A stretch of DNA of 60,772 nucleotides, filler included, from Circinaria calcarea (lineage: Eukaryota): NCBI GenBank assembly GCA_051942165.1. It is 8 parts of 8 records of this genome, joined end to end, with 100 filler letters (N's around TTAATTAATTAA, not from the genome) between each part and the next. Parts side by side here need not be neighbours in the genome. Positions count along the whole stretch, not along the records: positions 45,682 to 53,179 come from JAVECS010001312.1; positions 53,280 to 60,772 come from JAVECS010001313.1; 6 more parts are not named here. One strand, 5' to 3'. The notes beneath the pieces were generated by a model. The model ran no database searches. It saw nothing but the letters and a program-made list of their open reading frames with translations, and had not been told where the DNA came from. Each line of letters opens with the position of its first letter. The first letter of the stretch is position 1. A program made the translations under genes and the position numbers. Positions 48,816-60,772 of this stretch are shown here, piece after piece.

Positions 48816-50990
48816 ATGTCCGCAACAATATCTGCTGTCCCAAAGAAGCCACCATCATCTAACACAGTACCCTCCACTTCATCGTCGCGTCGACCCCCGA
48901 TGAATCCACATCGATCCTCTTCGCCAAATGCTCGAGGGCCGCCGTCTTCGATAACTCTCACCACCAACGGTGTTGCCCGATCACCCTCGGTGAGAAGTCC
49001 TACAGGAGTCACCCGGCCTACGCGAGCCTCCGTGAGGCGTTCCTATCAAGCACCGAGTAATCTCAACAACGGCAGTTCGCTGAATGTTTCGGACGATGGT
49101 AGTGAGGATGACGCAAGGGTTGAAAATGCTGCATTGATCGATAACCTCAAGCGTAGTTTACGCAATGCAGAATTAGTTTCTGAAGACTATCAGCGCCAAC
49201 TATTGGTTCTTCAAAAGAGACTAGACGAGGTCCAGCGTGAGCAAGGAAAGATGGAGGATCGGCTGCATGAGAGCGGTCAACGGGTCGAGATTCTGGAGAT
49301 GCAGAAGAAAGAAATCTCGCGACAGATGAGAGATATGGAAAAAACTTACGAGTCTGAGCGAACGGCAATGATGCGTGATAGAGATGAACAGTCTTCACGG
49401 GAGGTAGAGCTCAAGTCAACGGTACAGAGGTTGAAAGAGACTTTGGCGGGGCGTGAAATGCGATTTAATGTCGATGTTGAAAGGAGAACGTCCAGAGGCA
49501 AGTCTCGAGCATGCAAGGTCTAGATCCTTCTATACTGACTACGAATAGGGCGAGGGCATAGCAGATCCTCTTCAGTCGATACCAGTGCCAACTTCGCACC
49601 TCCCTTGACAACACATCGACGTGACTCGTCCCTACATCGCACTGACTCAAAATCAACCCCTAGAGTCGTCATCCAAAAGGACACTATAATTGAATCGTTA
49701 CGACGTGAACTTGCAGAAGTCCAGAATAAGCTTGTCGAAATGGAAAACATAGGGGGTGATCGGATGCAAGAGATGGAGAGAGCTCTACTCGAGTCTCGGA
49801 CAACGAATGCAAGACTGATGGAGGACAATGAAGGCTTTCAGTTGCTCTTAGGTGAGAAGACGCTGAATGGAGACTTCACAAAGCCTGAGTTCATCCAAGG
49901 ACCATCAGAAGTCACGGAAACTTCCGGACTGGGTTCACTGGCCGAAGAACTTGAATCTGCTGAAGGTGAAAGCGAGAATTACCGCCGTCTGGAAACGGAG
50001 ACCAAATCACTAAGGGATCAAAACAAAGCTCTCACCTTGTACATTGAGAAGATCATCAGTCGTGTCCTGCAACATGACAGCTTCGAGACTATTCTGGACA
50101 CAAAGGCTGATCCAGTTACTGGTGCCCAAAAGAATGATTCAGCTGGTAAGCATAAAGACCTTCCACCGCCTCCGCCCAAGGACGAGGAAGGACCGCCTTC
50201 GGTGTTGAAGAGAGCGATATCGGTCGTCTCTGGTCGCTCACGTCCGACGAGCCAGATTATCACCCCTGCTCCAGGTGTGCAGCCACCTTGGGAAGGCCTT
50301 GCACGTAAGCCTAGACCAATGACCCAGGTTTTTACATCTGCCCCTGAGCAAGGTTCCACCCCCAACGAAGATCAGATAACGGCTCCTAGTATTGCACTCG
50401 GCCGTGGTCATAGGAGAACCGGTTCGGAGAAGTCAGATGCTGGCAATGCGGCCATTGTGGTTAATCAAATGTACAAGGGGCTTTCAGGTGGAACAGAAGG
50501 CCCGAGAAGCCCTGCTCTCAGTCCCGGTGGTACGACTCCCCGGACATCATACTTCACTCCATCTGTTTTAGTTGGGACGGCCAACAATCCTGGTGTCGGT
50601 CCTATTGCGAGTCGAGCGCCTTCAGCTTCCCGTACAACATCTAGTTCACGGATCCCATCTAGTGGCCAGGCGAAACCTGATAGGGCTGGTAGTAGCTCCA
50701 ATAGTGCCTTCAGTCGAGAGAGTGGTGAGGGGCCTAGTCCGCCACGAAACAGCGCCGGAAATACCAATTATACGGGAGCTGTTATGACACAAAGTAAGCT
50801 GCGACCGTTGAGGTTGGTGCAGGAGAACCAGGAAATGGAAAGTTTGCCCGTGGGCCGGAGAGGAGACATGCTTTCGGAGGAGGATGCGGCGAGGAAGAAG
50901 GCGAACAGAGGCAGTTGGATGGGATGGTTCAATCGAGGAAAAGACGAAGGAGCTCCGAGGAGCATCAGTGCTGGGAATATTCACCATTAG
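48816..50990 (+). CDS. Fungal coiled-coil protein (M-protein-repeat-like), one GC-AG intron
   Basis: Two coiled-coil blocks; motifs LLESRTTNARLMEDNEGFQLLL, LRDQNKALTLYIEKIISRVLQH, KLRPLRLVQE, KANRGSWMGWF; intron 49498-49548 joins ORFs 48816 and 49605 in frame. Confidence 0.88.
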
Positions 50991-51798
50991 TTTCCAAGGT
51001 CCAAAGGGTTTGGTGTTGGTGTGTTTCTATAACGGCGTGGGGTCTTTGGAAGTTTGGTTGCTAGATTGATGGGGCGCTGAGATTGCTGCCGGCATGGGCG
51101 AAGGTTTCCAATCGTCTCTGCATTCTGCTATTGATGGTGCTGTCCTTTTCATGTCATATACCCTAGACTGCTTTTTTTATTTGCATGAAATCCGCTGTTT
51201 TCACTTCTCTAGTACGCTTTTCTTCCTTTCTTCCTTCCTCGAAAACCTGTGGTGCTGAATGAGATTCTACACACGTCAATCGAGTTGGCCCCTGTTTGCG
51301 GCAAAGATGCACCATTCCGTGCTTGAAGCAAACATGGCACCAATTTGTGGAACAGATCAATCGTTCGCACATAGGCTCCTTGAAAGTTCGTGCCCAACCC
51401 CAATTTTATCTTCTTATTCGCGTCATAAGCCAATTCGATTGGGCTTTTTTTTCACTAAACCAAAACCCAAAAAACCAAACCATCAACCCCCCTACCGCTT
51501 GATAACGGACAACTAAAACACTCTCCCTCGCCCCAGCTGACTGGATTAATCCCGTCTTGTTTGTCCCTTTGACAAAAAAGAAGAGGAAGAAGGAGAGAAA
51601 ACCAAAAATACATTCGTTGTTCCTTTGCTTCCGCCTTCCATTCCCAATCCCCAATCCTCAATCTTGACGTATAAAAATCCCCGGAAAACCCCCCGCTCCC
51701 CATTCCCATCCTCATTCATCCCCATTCATCCCTCCCCTACCTAGAATCCCATACATACCCAGCGAAAGCGAACCTCCAGTGGAATCAATCAATCCTCC

Positions 51799-53179
51799 AT
51801 GGATTTCTTCGATTTCTTTGCCTACCACCAGCATCATCAGCACCAGCAGCAACAGCAATACCAGCAGCAGCGGCGGAGACGCTTCGAACCCTTTCCGGAT
51901 GCTAATGCCAATACCAATGCTATTGCCAATGGCACTCCGTGCTGGTTTCGGCCCAAGGCGCAAACACAGGCGCAGGGGAATAGCAGATCCTTTGACGGCA
52001 TGAGAGGAGGGATACCGTACCGCACGAGGACGAGGACGCGTGTTCGTCTCCGTGGGCAGGAGGAGAGGGAATGGGAGAGAGAGAGCTTTCGACAGCAAGA
52101 GCAGGGGCAGCGGCAGGAGCAGCGGCAGGGACAGCAAGACGGCGGATTGGGGTTGGGGTTGGGTTTGGGACTAGGACTGGGACTGGGGTATCGGTATGGA
52201 TATCGACATCGCTACCAATATCCGGCGCGTGGGCTTGGTGGCCATGACCATGGCACCTGGGACGACGCATGTGCTTCGAAGCCTTGGAAGGGCTTCACCT
52301 CGGCTTTTGGGGACGAAGGTTTGGATGAGGAGGAGGACGGGGTTCCGGAGGACGAGGACGAGGAAAAGGAGGAGTGCGAGTGCGAGTGGGAGCGATCCCC
52401 GCACCGACGTGACCGTACTAACGATCACAGAGGTAGTAGGGATCGGGATCGGGATCGGGATCGGGATCGGAATCAGGAGCGTCCGCGGTCTGGCATCCCG
52501 AGACCATCGTGGGCGTTTCCTCTTCCCCTTCGAGATCCCGGTGGGGTAGGGGTAGGGGGAGGACGAGGACGAGGTCGAGGTCGATGGGAAAAGAGAGGCT
52601 TCTCCCGAGAGATGCGCCCGCGCCCGCGCCCCGAGACGATTGGGTTCGGAGGATCCGGGGATAATCCGGCACTGGGACGGAGTTGGCGGCATCTGCGTCG
52701 GGGGGCGTTTTCGCATGGTGTGTGGGATGGGGTTGGGGATGGGAATGGGAGCTGCAGTGGCTACGGCTGCTCTGGGCCCGGTAACTGTGGCTGTGGCTAT
52801 AGTCTTGGCCCTGGCCCTGGCCCTGGTCCTGGTCCTGGTCCCGGTCCTACACACTCCATGCCCCGAGCAGATCCGCTCTCGGGGTACCACCGCCCAGCCG
52901 ATCCAGTCTGGTACCGGGACCATTTCCCCCAACACCCGCGTCGGCCTGGTACTTGTTGCCCCTGCAGTGGATCCTTTTCGAACGCGGCCACGGCCGGACC
53001 GGTCTTCGCCTTTGCTCCCGACAGCATGATGAAGATGCCACGGGAGGAACCACCACCATCATCACCGACGCCCTATCCCCCCTCCTCCTCCTCGACTTCT
53101 TCCCTCGACCTCCCACCACTCGATCAGCGCTGCCACTCTCTGCCTTCCTCTCCTCCTTCTCCTCCTCCTCCTCCTCCTC
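51799..53179 (+). CDS. Low-complexity orphan ORF (at least 460 codons, runs into the gap)
   Basis: ATG at 51799 with TATAAAA about 130 bp upstream; poly-Q, (GL)n, (DR)n, (GP)n and poly-P tracts; no recognisable domain. Confidence 0.4.
52439..52470 (+). repeat. (GGGATC)5 hexamer microsatellite
   Basis: GGGATCGGGATCGGGATCGGGATCGGGATCGG; similar (GGYCCT)n at about 52807-52848 and (CCT)n at the contig end. Confidence 0.9.
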
Positions 53180-53279
53180 NNNNNNNNNNNNNNNNNNNNN
53201 NNNNNNNNNNNNNNNNNNNNNNNTTAATTAATTAANNNNNNNNNNNNNNNNNNNNNNNNNNNNNNNNNNNNNNNNNNNN
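53180..53279. other. Artificial contig spacer
   Basis: N44-TTAATTAATTAA-N44. Confidence 0.98.
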
Positions 53280-54230
53280 GTATTATACTGTAGCAGTCAG
53301 TTCTTGCCATATATCCGGCGATTCTTCACTATTCAGGGCCCTCGCAACCTATTCTCGACAGCGTTTTTGCCTATACCTTAAGAGTATAGCGGAGCACCCT
53401 GTATCCTTCACAATAGCAAGGATATAAAGCTTACTACTATGACTCAGTACAGGCGTATATACCCCGTGTCTAGGGGGGGTCACCAAGCTTTCCGGGGGGG
53501 GTCCGTCCGGTATCTAAATTTCGCCCTGGTATATAATAAAAACTAGGCGTATTCGCCCTGAGCCAGGCGCAATTCGCCCTGAATGTCAGGACCGGCTCGA
53601 ATTAGTGCATGAATAGCGTGAATTCGAAAGGGTATGCTGAATATGGAAGGCTAATTAGCTGGTTCGGCGCATTCTGGAAGGCATAGTTCGGCGCATAGTT
53701 CGGCGCATTCCGAAGGCACGAAAGGCATAGATATTGGCTATAATACACGGAAGCACGCACTACGATAGAGGGTTATGGGTCAGTTTCGTGGAAAAAGCGG
53801 AGTGTATTCAGTGCTATTTCGTGCGGAATACGCCATACTAGGCCTGCCATGCTCCTATTTCTGCCTCCCGAAGGCAGAGGCACGAGTATACCAATGTTTA
53901 GCGGAGGCCGGGGCACGAGGCGCGAGCGCTCGGCAGGCGTAACCTCTACGGATAGAAGGTATAGGCCGGGAGCAGTGAATTACGCTTAATTATAAATTCT
54001 GGTTTCGGGTAATACTCGGATCAGTATAATACCGGCCGACCCCCCTGAGACTCGGGGCAGAGCTTTAACGCGTAGGTCACAGCTTAGATCTTTTGCCTAT
54101 GAGGTGTGTGAGGTGGCGAAGGCAGTGTAGAAGGCATAGGCGCGAGTGGAGGTTAAGGTTCCAGCAGAAGCTTGCAGTACACCGAGGTGAAAGGAGAAGT
54201 ACAGCTAATCAGTGACAGCCAGAGTGCAGT
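53280..54230. mobile_element. RIP-type degenerate repeat relic with short internal repeats
   Basis: TpA-rich, stop-riddled frames; GTTCGGCGCAT three times and several AAGGCAY copies at about 53660-53730; ATTCGCCCTG repeated at 53520-53580. Confidence 0.4.
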
Positions 54231-56190
54231 CGCTACGAAGTCATTTCCACGCCAACTTTCTGACGCTGTTGATCCATTAGCTTATATACCTCTAGATCTC
54301 ATCGCTCGTACGTAACCATTGATCATATATACATTTAGAGCACCAGGAGATCTTTGAACACTAATCATTTTATGGTTGTCACGCAGCACTAAACAAGCAT
54401 CAGTATATTATTATACGATTAATGTATTATGGTCGCATGGGAAATCAATACTAGCTCAGCGCTAAAAGCACTAAAGTCCCTGCTCAGACTTATCGTAATT
54501 TTACTTATAATTTTAGGTATTCTAGATCTTCTTCCTATTCTAATTGATGCAAATGGTATACATACGAAATACTAGATGTACATAACAAAGCCTTTGCGGA
54601 GTTTAACGGTCATAGGCATTGATCTACTAGCGCCGAGCTAGTATTAATTTCCCCTGCGGCAAAAGTATACTGTCCAGAGTCATTCCGTAGTATAAAGAGC
54701 TTCACCCAACCGGAACTCAATCAGCTATACCAAAAGGGAATGACCTTGCACCTATACAGGCACCAGCCCTCGACCCTGAATCGTGAGTACTACCATCACG
54801 TCCTGAAACTATTCTCTTATCTCCGCGTTTCCGCAGATACCTGTAGGGTGTGGGCTGTAACGATAAGGATAGACGTCTGCTGTTCCAAAAGAGATGTCTT
54901 CTAGCTACCTGATCTGTGGGGCCGGACTTAGTAAAGGCATGGAATGTTAGGATGCTCATCCTCGCAGTTCTCCTCCCTCTTCCGCTGGCGTGCTTTGGTT
55001 TGCAAAAGCAACGACTTTCTTCTTTCTCCTTCTGCTGCCACCTTTGCCTTTAATTTTTTCACCTGCGCTTCCATAACTAATATTGATCTTTCTCCCTTCA
55101 TACCACACAGTCGATCTTCTAGTTGCTGTCTTTCGGCGAGCAGCTTCACCATCGTCGCATTCTTGCTCGATACGGGCGACAGTGGCCGCAGAATGGGGTC
55201 CAGTTAGATGTGAATGCCATTTTCCGTCCTTCCATATCTATCCCAGGTTGGTGAGGCAAGGCTTCTCACAGTCGCAAACACAATTGCCGGCAGCATGGGC
55301 TTTCCGTCTCATGTTCCTGTCGTGCGGTTCGACGATATAGTGTAGGGGTTGCAGCATGTCCTATACGGGTATGTTGGACGTAAATGGGAGAGCGGAAGTT
55401 GGACGCCATTCGATTCTAGACTTCTGAACAACCCGAGGGAAATAAACAGACGAGTTTTAAATCATATATAGTACCTTCCAGTGGAAGCCTTAACATCTCG
55501 GATAAGCACACATTGAAACGACCAGACCTTAAAGTATATAGAATCTATTAATTATAATAAGATTCTACTGTAGAATTGTCACGGCAGAGTATGATGGAAT
55601 AGAACTGATTTATTCTATGACTATCTATTCTGGGGTTATATAGCCCCGCAGGCCCGCCTGCTCCTTCCCATAACAAGAATGGCATTGACGTCCCCAAGCC
55701 CAAGAGTAATTCAATCGATCACTGCGACTTCACTAGCCAATTCACACAGCAGTGATTTCCGAACAAAAAGCGCTCCTCCCAGTGAAAAGTGATGGATAAA
55801 TCGGATGTACGCAAAATATCTAGTAAGAAGCTCTTGCCGCTATGCATACAATGAACCGATTGTAGGGTCATATTTAAAATATGAGACTGGTTGTTTGGGG
55901 ATGGGAGATATTAAGGGGGATGATCGCTAGTCCGTTCAATGGAGGTTGATAATGGTATATGTTATGCGGTAACGTCGACAACAGAGCAATAGTAAATGAA
56001 GTAGCTTCCAAGGTTAAAACTCGGGAAAATCTTGCTATGGATAACGTTATCTGAATCTTGTCAACAGTACCTGTTCCTCTGTAGTAAGGTACCCTTGAAG
56101 AATTACTTGTCACTGACAAAGGGTTCCCGCAGAGGGCGAATCTGATGATACATTAGGCTTCTCGATACGCACCAACCATAGAGTCATAAA

Positions 56191-57204
56191 TTAAATCGAT
56201 TGATCGGAAACCCTCCGATTCAATGCCCTCTCCAGCCATCGCTCCCACCATCGTCTGACCCTGAGTACGGCTATTCTACCATCATCATACAGTTGACCTA
56301 ACCCATCTGGATCTCCGAGGATTGCCGCATAGGCCCAGAAAAAAGCTGCCACCCAAGCTGCTACCGCGATCGCTGCCGCATATATGGGAGAGAGTACGTT
56401 CACAAGGAGCAGCATGGGCGTGCAAGCTAACAAGGTAGTGTCACAAGACGAGTAAATAAGCCGTAATTGAAGATGTAGGGGCGGAAGTAGTAAATCAGAG
56501 ATTTGCCGTCCAAGTGGCCTCCGTGCGATCCAGAGATCCAAGGGCTTGAGTATGATTGAGGCAGCAAGGATTACAATCGTATAAGTACAGATCATGAGCG
56601 TCAGGAAAGGGGACAAAAAGGAAAGGTAGATCTGGTTTCAGGAACCATTAGCTTCAGAGGAAAAGGTTAACAAGTATGAACGGGAACATACCAGTATCCA
56701 TGAGGTATATCGCTCTGGTTTCGAGTTGTGGGGCAGCTCTTCTTCGATCCATAGGACTGCGGGCCTTGAACTGGCCAATGGACCTGGACCCAGAATCCTA
56801 GGGTACAGTTGGGAGTTGTGCGCCTGCTTCTCATCTTGGATCTCATTACCGTCAGCCTTTGACTGACAAGCCGAGTTTGTCTGCCAGCGTGTATCCTTGT
56901 CCAGCTTCGGATAGCCTAGGCCTTGCCCGAGGGTCGAATCACCTCTTTCTCCCCCATTTTGAAGGCGCGGTGTAGTGAACGAAGCAGGTAATGTTTGTGT
57001 ATTATCCGAAGCGTCGGAAAGGGGTGAACTTGGACATGGGCCCTCCGCACACCACCGATCTGAGAGTTGATGATTTCCGCCTTCCAAGCTGGAGCACTCC
57101 GCCAAAGGGTAGAGTGTGCCAGCATGAGACGACGTCTGCAGTGCCGGCCGGCTGCGACTTTGTTTGCTTCCGACAGATGCCAGTCTCGTTCCTGTTTCAC
57201 GCAT
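56191..57204 (-). CDS. Fungal hypothetical membrane protein, one intron (56633-56691); 5' start uncertain
   Basis: YTSWIL|IYLSFLSPFL..VLSPIYAAAIAVAAWVAAFFWAYAAILGDPDG..DDGRIAVLRVRRWWERWL; hydrophobic helices at the C-terminus. Confidence 0.7.
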
Positions 57205-57964
57205 GGCGATAGGCGGGCATACGTTTCTCAGGGATCCATCACCTCACTTCTCTGGCTCAGGTTATTGAGGTGCGTCATTGAGGAAGGAAGAAAGCAATAA
57301 GGCAACACAGACGGGAATGTCTGTCTCTTGTAGATTCTGTGGCCATTTGTACTTCCAAGCATTGGCGGACTTGGCAGAGGAGCGACGGGCGCAAGCACGG
57401 CAGTCGTTGTGGAGCACGCGTTCAAGCAGCGATGATGTAGTTGTGTGTGCGAGTCGACCGTCAAGACGGTTGTTGTTGATGAAGATCTGTGCATGTTAGA
57501 TCCATCGGATCACTAGACCTAGTGAAAACCCACCACGGGCATAGGCTACATATTGAGAACGCCGCCTTGATGTCCTTGCACCATTTATTGCCAAGGAGGA
57601 TGTGGGCGAAAGTCCAAAGTTCAACCAAAGCGAATCATCAATCAAAGTCGAATAGTTCGAGCTCGGCAATTGGCTCACCGGCACCCATGCACCTCTCCAT
57701 GTCTCACGGCTGACAGCAATGGTTGGAACATTACGTTGAAATTTACAATCAATAGCGATATCGAATGTGCGTACTCGGCACCCGTTCACACCACCGTCCT
57801 TATCCTTCCCACCCCTCCCCCAGATCTCCAATCCTCCAACGCGACTAAATGGTATCGCTATCAAATCCGCCGAGTACGAAGAATAGAAACAAGTATAGGC
57901 AAAGGAGAGCCAAAGTCATTAACGTATAGATACATGGATGAGAGTCGCTCGGTATCCTGGACCC

Positions 57965-60772
57965 TCATCCCTGCGGCTCCGCTTTAGCCTGCCCGTTCAG
58001 GAGGCCCCGTTGCGGACTGTTGCGCCCTCCCGACCCTCCCAATCTCTTCTCCTCCTCTACTTCGTCGTCGTAGTCTTCGTCAACGTCCATTTTCCTTGCT
58101 GCCGGCTCATAGGTCTCTCGGCGATCCTCTCGAGAGGCTTCGGTCGCCTGGGAGAGATGCTCTTGCGGTGGATGTAGAGACGATAAGGATGGAGGATGGT
58201 GGGCTGCCTCGGAGGGATGGTAGTTGTCGTTGACACGGCGCTGGTCTTCACGACGGGCCTCAGACGAACTTCGCCTATGTCGATCCCGCGGCGAAGCTGG
58301 TCGTTCTGTTGGAGAGCCACGACGGTAATGGAGATCTTCAAGCCGACCTCGACTGTCCCCGTTGGCAGGCTTCTTGTTGGGAACCTTGTAGTCGTCTTCA
58401 GGTTCAATCATCCGTTTGAAGGTTTGGGGTGGTCGATCATCCCTATCCCGAGCCGCAGCCGCCTCAGCAGCGGCAAGGGCGGCTGCTGGTGGAGGAGCCC
58501 CACCAGCTATACCTCCACCGTATGAGAGATTGGGATGATGTTGATATTGCTGGTGAGCGTAGCCAGACGCGGGTGAAGAGACTCTGTCGTCGGTAATGGG
58601 CCTAATTTCGGGTGGAGGACTGTTACCTCGACCGTTAGGCGGCATAGGACCCGGCCCACCGTGACTGCCATTCGACGAGGGGGGGATGGCAGGATTTGGG
58701 GCAGGATAATTGGGATTGGTAATGCGGGTAGGCGCTGGCTGCTGAGGCTGAAGAGGCGCTGGCTGCGGTAGTCCTTGAGGCGTCGAATACGAGACTTGAG
58801 CAATATGATTTGAATTGTGGGGAGGCGGTGGAGGCGATGGTCGTCGAACCGGGGTATGACGATGAGGTTCCTGGTACAGTCGAAGTTGCTCCTGACGAGG
58901 ACTTGGCTGTCTGGGTGGTGGCGGAGGGGGTCTAATCCCGTCCCGTTGGTCGTAGAGGCTTGGCGGTTGCGGCTGGGGATGATCGATTGCAGCCAACCTC
59001 CTATTCCAATCACTCTGTGGGGCAGGAGGAGCAGGACCTTGACCAGGAGGGCCAGGTGCTGGTCCTGCAATACCCCATTGGACCCCAGGAGGAGCCCCAA
59101 CGCCGGGATTCTGGTACTGTTGAGGATGTATGTCTTGAGGAACTGGGGCGCTATGCTGATTTGGTAATCCTGTTGACTGTCCGCTACGCAGCAGCTGCAA
59201 ACGTGCCTTGATATGTACGTTTCCGGAATCAAGGTCAGCTGCTCGTTGGTACGCATCAAGTGCATCGGTTGTTTGGTTATTGCAAGACTCATACTAGTCC
59301 AGAGTTAGTTTGCCGCATCTGAATTTAAAGGCAAACATACCAATGTCCCAAGGTCATACCACACTTCGGAGATGTAAGGATTTAAACGAATGGCTCTTGA
59401 GTAGGCATCAAGTGCATCACGATACTGGTTAATCTGATAATACAAAACACCAATAGAACACCAGAACGTGGGATTGCGTCCATCTCTGTAGACAGCCTGC
59501 TGATACGCCTCGTACGCCTTTGAGTATTTTTGCTGCGACATATAACATCGTCCGAGCAAATACCAACTTTGCGCATCATTATTGTCTGAAAGAAGCCAAA
59601 TCATTAACACAAATTCTTCAATATAAACCACTGGGGTAAGGTGTACACACCTGAACTGACAGATTTCTCAAGGTACTCTATGGCATGCTCCTGGCTGCTG
59701 AAACTATTACTTTGCTGGTGGTGCAGCCAGCCGAGCTGCTGCAGGACCTTGGCGTGATTTGGATCTCGATCGAGCACTCTTCGGTAGGCTGCCTTCGCGG
59801 AATCGTACTGGTAACTGATTTTAGTAACACCACACAGTGTTCTGGCATGAAGCAGCTCACATCTTTCTGCTGTTCGTGAACGTGGCCGATTTGGAACCAA
59901 ATGTCCTCCTCGGTCAAAGGCCTTGGAGGGTCTTGGACGATGTATTTGAAGCACAGTGGAAAAGTCAGATGTTTATCGATTTCAACAAATGGTTAACATA
60001 CCTCTAGGCTTTGATTGAATTTCTGTTGCTGTTTGTAGATTATCCCGAGGCGGAAATAAATCTCGTTTGCTTTTTCAAAATCTGGTTGCATGCGCATCAC
60101 TTGCGAAAAGGCTTCTTCTGCATGTTCGAGAGAGCCGTAACGATCATACAGTATACCAATACCGTACCAGAGCTTTGGCTCCTTTTATGCAGTTAGTCTA
60201 CGTAGGGCAAAGTTAACAAGGGAGGGCTATCTTTACTTTGGGATCTCTCAGATGATAGAGCGCTTGCTGGTATGCTGAATACGCTTGTTGCAAGTCTTCC
60301 ATCATCAAATAGCAGTGCCCTATGGCGTATGTCAGTATGAAGGAATCCCATCGGCATTTATTCCGAAAACAAACCAAGACTCCCCCAGACTTCGCCATTA
60401 CTCCCATCTAACTTTAATATCGCTTGTAAATATTCGACAGCTCTAGGGAAGTTCTCCTTTGTCCGGAGGATACAGGATATTGCATTCATGGCTTGTATCG
60501 AGTACTGGTTGTGGCGCAAGGCTTGCTCATACGCGTTTACAGCGCCGTCAAGGTCGCCCATGAGTTCAGTTAAATTACCTGTAAAGAGTTTAGCTTCGAG
60601 ATCCTCGACCTTGGATAGACGGCGACTTGTACGTACCAATTTGCAGCCAGACAGCTTCGTTAAGTTGAGCCATATGCTGAGGGGTGATTTTCGGATGAGC
60701 CTGCATTGGCATGTGGCCATTCATCTGAGCATGCGCACCTGGTGGAGCATGATGGGGATGCAGTCCACCAGG
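57965..60772 (-). CDS. SSN6: General transcriptional co-repressor Ssn6/Cyc8 (TPR protein), 5'-truncated, 7 introns in window
   Basis: TPRs: GHCYLMMEDLQQAYSAYQQALYHL, EPKLWYGIGILYDRYGSLEHAEEAF, ANEIYFRLGIIYKQQ, WFQIGHVHEQQ, WYLLGRCYM, PTFWCSIGVLYYQINQYRDALDAY, EVWYDLGTL|YESCNNQ; Pro/Gln-rich tail. Confidence 0.97.

Noticed and set aside
54717..55410. Short coiled-coil-like ORF fragments on the minus strand
   Set aside because: Interrupted by stops, with no recognisable family.
58507..59292. 261-aa alternative-frame ORF inside SSN6
   Set aside because: Overlaps the Pro/Gln-rich SSN6 exon; no independent support.

Overview
Intron-containing filamentous-ascomycete (Pezizomycotina) nuclear DNA; the divergent kinase family hints at a lichen-forming lecanoromycete, which is inference only. 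The window is not one locus. It is eight unrelated pieces of about 7.5 kb in descending length order (7519, 7517, 7514, 7512, 7510, 7509, 7498, 7493 bp; the first and last may be clipped), joined by artificial 100-bp N44-TTAATTAATTAA-N44 spacers, so adjacency across spacers is meaningless. Recognisable genes: an NRT2 nitrate transporter with NirA/AreA sites, the eIF3b 3' end, a Par32/DUF3602-like protein, an F-box protein, a YOR1-like ABCC transporter, CAR2, GPI10, a divergent kinase, a SAC7-like RhoGAP, TIM9, SFA1, RPL10, RPL30, a coiled-coil protein and SSN6/CYC8. Accessory or decayed material: D-serine dehydratase, HET-6-like and PD-(D/E)XK-like pseudogenes, a 5'-truncated Ty1/copia element with a 108-bp LTR, RIP-type relics (one resembling a telomere-linked RecQ helicase C-terminus) and a degenerate tandem duplication. 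I found no convincing new multi-gene system. The most unusual signal is in splicing: three introns need GC donors (CAR2, RPL30, coiled-coil gene) and one SSN6 intron appears to end in TG rather than AG, out of about 45 introns traced by hand.
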